From positions 124,001 through 173,264 of the forward strand of contig JBBDMM010000002.1 of the NCBI GenBank assembly GCA_040878325.1: a stretch of DNA of 49,264 bases, in the 5' to 3' direction. The notes beneath the pieces were generated by a model. It did no database searches. It was not told where the DNA came from and worked only from the letters and a program-made list of their open reading frames with translations. Below, piece by piece: positions 45,985 to 49,264 of the stretch (the stretch's first letter is position 1; the number at the start of each line of letters is the position of its first letter). Made by a program: the position numbers and the translations under genes. The DNA is from Acidimicrobiia bacterium (GTDB taxonomy: Bacteria; Actinomycetota; Acidimicrobiia; Spongiisociales; UBA11373).

Positions 45985-47494
45985 ACTTGTCGAACTCCCC
46001 AGACTCCACGAGTCGCGCCACCGCTTCGATGCCCGGCCCCGGGGGTCGGTCGCGGTCTAGTCGGGGGACCACCGCACGGACCGTGTCGCGGCCGCGGCCG
46101 GTTTTCGGGGCGGGCTGCAGCGGGGCGCGGAGGTCGATGCCCTCGGCGGCGCAAATCAGTTCCACCGCCACCACCCTCGCGGTATTGGTCAGCACGTCTT
46201 CGAGTTTGCGGCCGGCACCCCACCCCATCGATACATGGTCCTCCTGAAGGCCCGAGGTGGGGATGCTGTCCACCGAAGCCGGATGGCTGAGTACCCGGTT
46301 CTCGGCGACGAGGGCGGCGGCGGTGTACTGGGCGAGCATGTAGCCGCTGTTCAACCCCGGCTTGCTGGCCAGGAACGGTGGCAGACCGGATGACCTGGCC
46401 GGGTCGAGGATGCGATCGGTGCGGCGTTCCGAGATCGAGGCGATCTCGGACATTGCGATGGCCACGAAGTCGAGGGCGAAGGCCAAGGGCTCACCGTGGA
46501 AGTTCCCCGCGGAGACCACTTCCCCGGTCTCCGGAAAGACGATCGGATTGTCGACCACTGATCCGAGTTCCCGACCGGCAGTGGCGGCAGCGAAGTCGAG
46601 CACGTCGCCGACCGCCCCGTGCACCTGGGGAGCGCACCGGATGCTGTAGGCGTCTTGAACCGCGTGGCTGAAGTCGTCGCGGTGGCTCTCCGCGATCTTG
46701 CTGCCTTCGAGGGCGTCGCGGATTCGTCGCGCCGACTCGGCCTGCCCCGGGTGCGGCCGCACCAGGTGGACATCGGCGCGGAACGGGCGGCTGCTGCCGA
46801 GCACTGCCTCGACCGTCATGGCACAGGCGAGATCGGCCGCGCGAACGATACGACGTGCTCGGTCGAGGCCGAGGGCAAGGAAGGCCAGCATCCCCTCGGT
46901 GCCGTTGAGCAGGCTCAGCCCTTCCTTCGCCTTGAGCGTCAGCGGGGTGAGGCCGCGATCGGCGAGCACCTCGGCGGCGGGTCGGACCGCTCCATCGACC
47001 CTGATCTCCCCCTCGCCGATCAGCGGAAGGGCGAGGTGGGCGAAAGGGGCAAGATCACCCGAGGCGCCGACCGACCCTTGACCGGGCACCACCGGCAAAA
47101 GGTCGCGCTGCAACATCTCGACGATCCGCTCGACGATCAATGGCCGTACCCCGGAGTGCCCCTGAGAGAGAGTCCGCGCCCGCAGCAAGAGCATCGCCCG
47201 CACCAACCGGTCCGCCAGCGGCCGACCGACCCCGGCAGCATGCGACCTGAGGAGGGCGACCTGCATCTCGGCGGACATCTCTGGTTCCACCCGGGTCGAG
47301 GCGAGAGCACCGAAGCCGGTCGTCACGCCGTAGACCACGTCACCGGCAGCAAGAACGTCATCGATCACTTGCCGCGCCGGAGCCATCCGGGCGGCGACAC
47401 CGGAGCCCACCTCTACCGTGGCAGTCCGATCGGCCACCGCCACCACTTGGTCGATCGTCAGCGGATCCCCGGTGATGGTGACGACCCCGGTCAT
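45983..47494 (-). CDS. hutH: Histidine ammonia-lyase
   Basis: YGVTTGFG, GSVGASGDLAP (MIO), KEGLSLLNGT, QDAYSIRC, GNFHG, QEDHVSMG. Confidence 0.98.
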   Translation of the reverse strand: MTGVVTITGDPLTIDQVVAVADRTATVEVGSGVAARMAPARQVIDDVLAAGDVVYGVTTGFGALASTRVEPEMSAEMQVALLRSHAAGVGRPLADRLVRAMLLLRARTLSQGHSGVRPLIVERIVEMLQRDLLPVVPGQGSVGASGDLAPFAHLALPLIGEGEIRVDGAVRPAAEVLADRGLTPLTLKAKEGLSLLNGTEGMLAFLALGLDRARRIVRAADLACAMTVEAVLGSSRPFRADVHLVRPHPGQAESARRIRDALEGSKIAESHRDDFSHAVQDAYSIRCAPQVHGAVGDVLDFAAATAGRELGSVVDNPIVFPETGEVVSAGNFHGEPLAFALDFVAIAMSEIASISERRTDRILDPARSSGLPPFLASKPGLNSGYMLAQYTAAALVAENRVLSHPASVDSIPTSGLQEDHVSMGWGAGRKLEDVLTNTARVVAVELICAAEGIDLRAPLQPAPKTGRGRDTVRAVVPRLDRDRPPGPGIEAVARLVESGEFDK

Positions 47495-48390
47495 CGTGTC
47501 TTCCTCCCGGCCAGCCCCGATACGAAAGCGAGAAAGGCATTCGCCATGTTCATCACGGTCATCCCCTCGCGGTCGCGGGCGGGATCGACCTCGACGAAGT
47601 CCACCGCCCGCACCGCCTCGTGTCGGCCCGCCGCCCGGCATGCGGCCGCGAGCTGGCGTGGCGTCATCCCCCCCGGCCGGGCGCCGGGGCATCCCGGGGC
47701 GAACGCCGCGTCGAGCACATCCAGATCGACGTCGACGTAGATCCACCGGCATCGCTGGGCGAGATCGTTGAGCGCGGTGGTCACCACCCAGCCGACGCCC
47801 ACCTCGTCGACGGTCGCCATCGTCACCACTTCGATGCCGTGGTCCTCGCAATAGGCGCGGTACTCGCGCGAGTTGGCGAACGAATGGATCCCGATCTGAA
47901 TCACCCGCCCATCGGGCAGACCGTCCTCGATCAGCCCCCGGATCGGGCTGCCGCTGTTGGGCCCGGAGTCGGTCACCCGCACATCGTGGTGGGCGTCGAG
48001 GGTGAGCACTCCGACGTCCTCGAGAACACCCAGGCTCCTGACCAGGGGACGGGTGATGGCATTGTCGCCGCCGAAGAATGCCCGCACCGGACCCTCCGGC
48101 AGCTCCTGGGTGAGCCGTTCCACCTCACCCGGCATCACCTGCATGTCGAGACCGTCGACCGGCCAATCCCCCAGATCGACGACCCGAACCGCGGCGAGGT
48201 CGGCTCCGGTCTCGCTGTCGAATGTCGAGAAACCTGTCAGCGCCGCCCGCACTGCCACGGGCGCCCGCCATGCCTGCGAGGGACGCAGCGACGCCGAGGA
48301 GGAGGGCACCCCCACCACCAGGAGGTCGGGGTCGGCATCCGCACTGCCGAGCCAGCCATCGGCGCGAGGCCACAGGGGATCGGAGATCAT
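47491..48390 (-). CDS. hutG: Formimidoylglutamase (arginase/agmatinase family)
   Basis: GGDNAIT, DAHHD, DVDLDVLD..APGC; located in the hut operon. Confidence 0.85.
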   Translation of the reverse strand: MISDPLWPRADGWLGSADADPDLLVVGVPSSSASLRPSQAWRAPVAVRAALTGFSTFDSETGADLAAVRVVDLGDWPVDGLDMQVMPGEVERLTQELPEGPVRAFFGGDNAITRPLVRSLGVLEDVGVLTLDAHHDVRVTDSGPNSGSPIRGLIEDGLPDGRVIQIGIHSFANSREYRAYCEDHGIEVVTMATVDEVGVGWVVTTALNDLAQRCRWIYVDVDLDVLDAAFAPGCPGARPGGMTPRQLAAACRAAGRHEAVRAVDFVEVDPARDREGMTVMNMANAFLAFVSGLAGRKTR

Positions 48391-48408
48391 TCGGGGGGAG
48401 GCTACAGG

Positions 48409-48502
48409 GGCCTCGCTTCGCTCGGCCCCCGCGATTGGCGATTGGCAAGAGGGCCTCGCTGCGCTCGGCCCGCAATTCGCAATTCGCAATTCGCAATTCG
48501 AC
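48409..48502 (+). repeat. Two head+heptamer modules; the second equals the empty IS target
   Basis: ggcctcgcttcgctcggcccc-cgcgattg gcgattg gc; gcctcgctgcgctcggcc-cgcaa(ttcgcaa)x3 ttcgac. Confidence 0.9.
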
Positions 48503-48571
48503 ACAACGCGTGCGAGACGTCCGGAGGGTCTTCCGGTAGGAGAGATCGCGTGGTGCGCGCCCGCAGGGTCA

Positions 48572-48652
48572 GCTGCCCCCTCCGTCACCGCCCTACGGGC
48601 GGTGCCACCTCCCCCGTCGAAGACGACGGAGGAGGACGCTCTTGCTGGAGGC
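48572..48652 (-). repeat. REP-like dispersed element, copy 2
   Basis: Matches 41128-41200 in its conserved blocks; internal hairpins differ. Confidence 0.72.
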
Positions 48653-48685
48653 TGGACGCTGGAGGCTGGAGGCCATACTGGACCC

Positions 48686-49117
48686 ATGCCTTCCGAACCC
48701 GCCATCCCCATCGGGCGAATGTTCACGATCCCCGCCGCTGAACTGCAGTGGCGGTTCGAGCCCAGTGGGGGCCCTGGGGGCCAGCACGCCAACAAGGCGT
48801 CGACTCGGGCCGAATTGATCTGGGATCTGTCGGCGAGTCCCTCCGTGCCCACAGACCTGCGGGAGCGGATGATGGAACGCCTCGGCGGCAGGGCCCCCGG
48901 GGGCATCCTCACGATCGGGGTCGACGAGACCCGGTCACAGTGGCGCAATAGGGCGATCGCTCGCCGTCGACTCGCCGAGATCCTCACCGACGCCGCCAAG
49001 AAGCCCAAGCGCCGCATCGGCACCGCCCCCAGCCGAGCAGCCAGACGCCGCAGGCTGGAAAGGAAGCGCCAGCGAGCAGAGATCAAGCGGATGCGAGGCA
49101 GGGTGGAGCCGGAATAG
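48686..49117 (+). CDS. arfB: Alternative ribosome rescue peptidyl-tRNA hydrolase
   Basis: SGGPGGQHANK, RSQWRNR, basic C-terminal tail. Confidence 0.93.
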   Translation: MPSEPAIPIGRMFTIPAAELQWRFEPSGGPGGQHANKASTRAELIWDLSASPSVPTDLRERMMERLGGRAPGGILTIGVDETRSQWRNRAIARRRLAEILTDAAKKPKRRIGTAPSRAARRRRLERKRQRAEIKRMRGRVEPE

Positions 49118-49211
49118 CCTCCAGCCTCCAGTCTCCAGTCAAGAGGGCCTTCCGCCTTCCGCAGGAGCTCAACTGGCAGGCCTCTACGCGTTCCGTCGTA
49201 TTGCGTATTGG

Positions 49212-49264
49212 TGAACCATCAGGACATCGTTGACACATTTCCATCAGAACATCGTTGACACTTT
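49212..49264 (+). mobile_element. Possible transposon/IS end, truncated by the window end
   Basis: TG start, then 21-bp direct repeat CCATCAGRACATCGTTGACAC at 49216 and 49241. Confidence 0.4.

Noticed and set aside
49216..49261. CRISPR array
   Set aside because: Only two 21-bp units separated by 4 nt, with no spacers and no cas genes.

Overview
High-GC actinobacterial window (gene content suggests Acidimicrobiia; this is an inference). It is mostly housekeeping genes: an MFS transporter, topA, a GT4 glycosyltransferase, a tandem histidine phosphatase, an hppA/trkH/trkA/nhaA ion cluster, an LCP protein, a DUF1998 helicase, a MazEF-like TA pair, an ECF sigma with a GerMN protein, a Tad pilus/ssd/HAD locus, msrA, a CcdA/TlpA/DUF3179 redox cluster, a decayed merR-merA remnant, a purine deaminase with a BMP-type ABC transporter, the hut operon and arfB. 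The most striking element is a complete 2044-bp IS1595-family element (14416-16459; 24-bp TIRs, 8-bp TSD TTCGCAAT). Besides the transposase it carries a tRNA gene with a serine-type body but a Trp (CCA) anticodon, 5 nt after the transposase stop. It also carries a convergent unit (sigma70-like promoter, 59-aa ORF, ~150-nt structured RNA, hairpin terminator) and strong hairpins upstream of the transposase. The element sits inside a dispersed repeat (conserved head + 7-nt tandem array), and an empty copy of that repeat lies at 48453-48502. Intergenic spaces across the window carry 7-nt-period tandem arrays of differing sequence, often as inverted pairs. All product calls come from motif recognition by eye; no searches were run.
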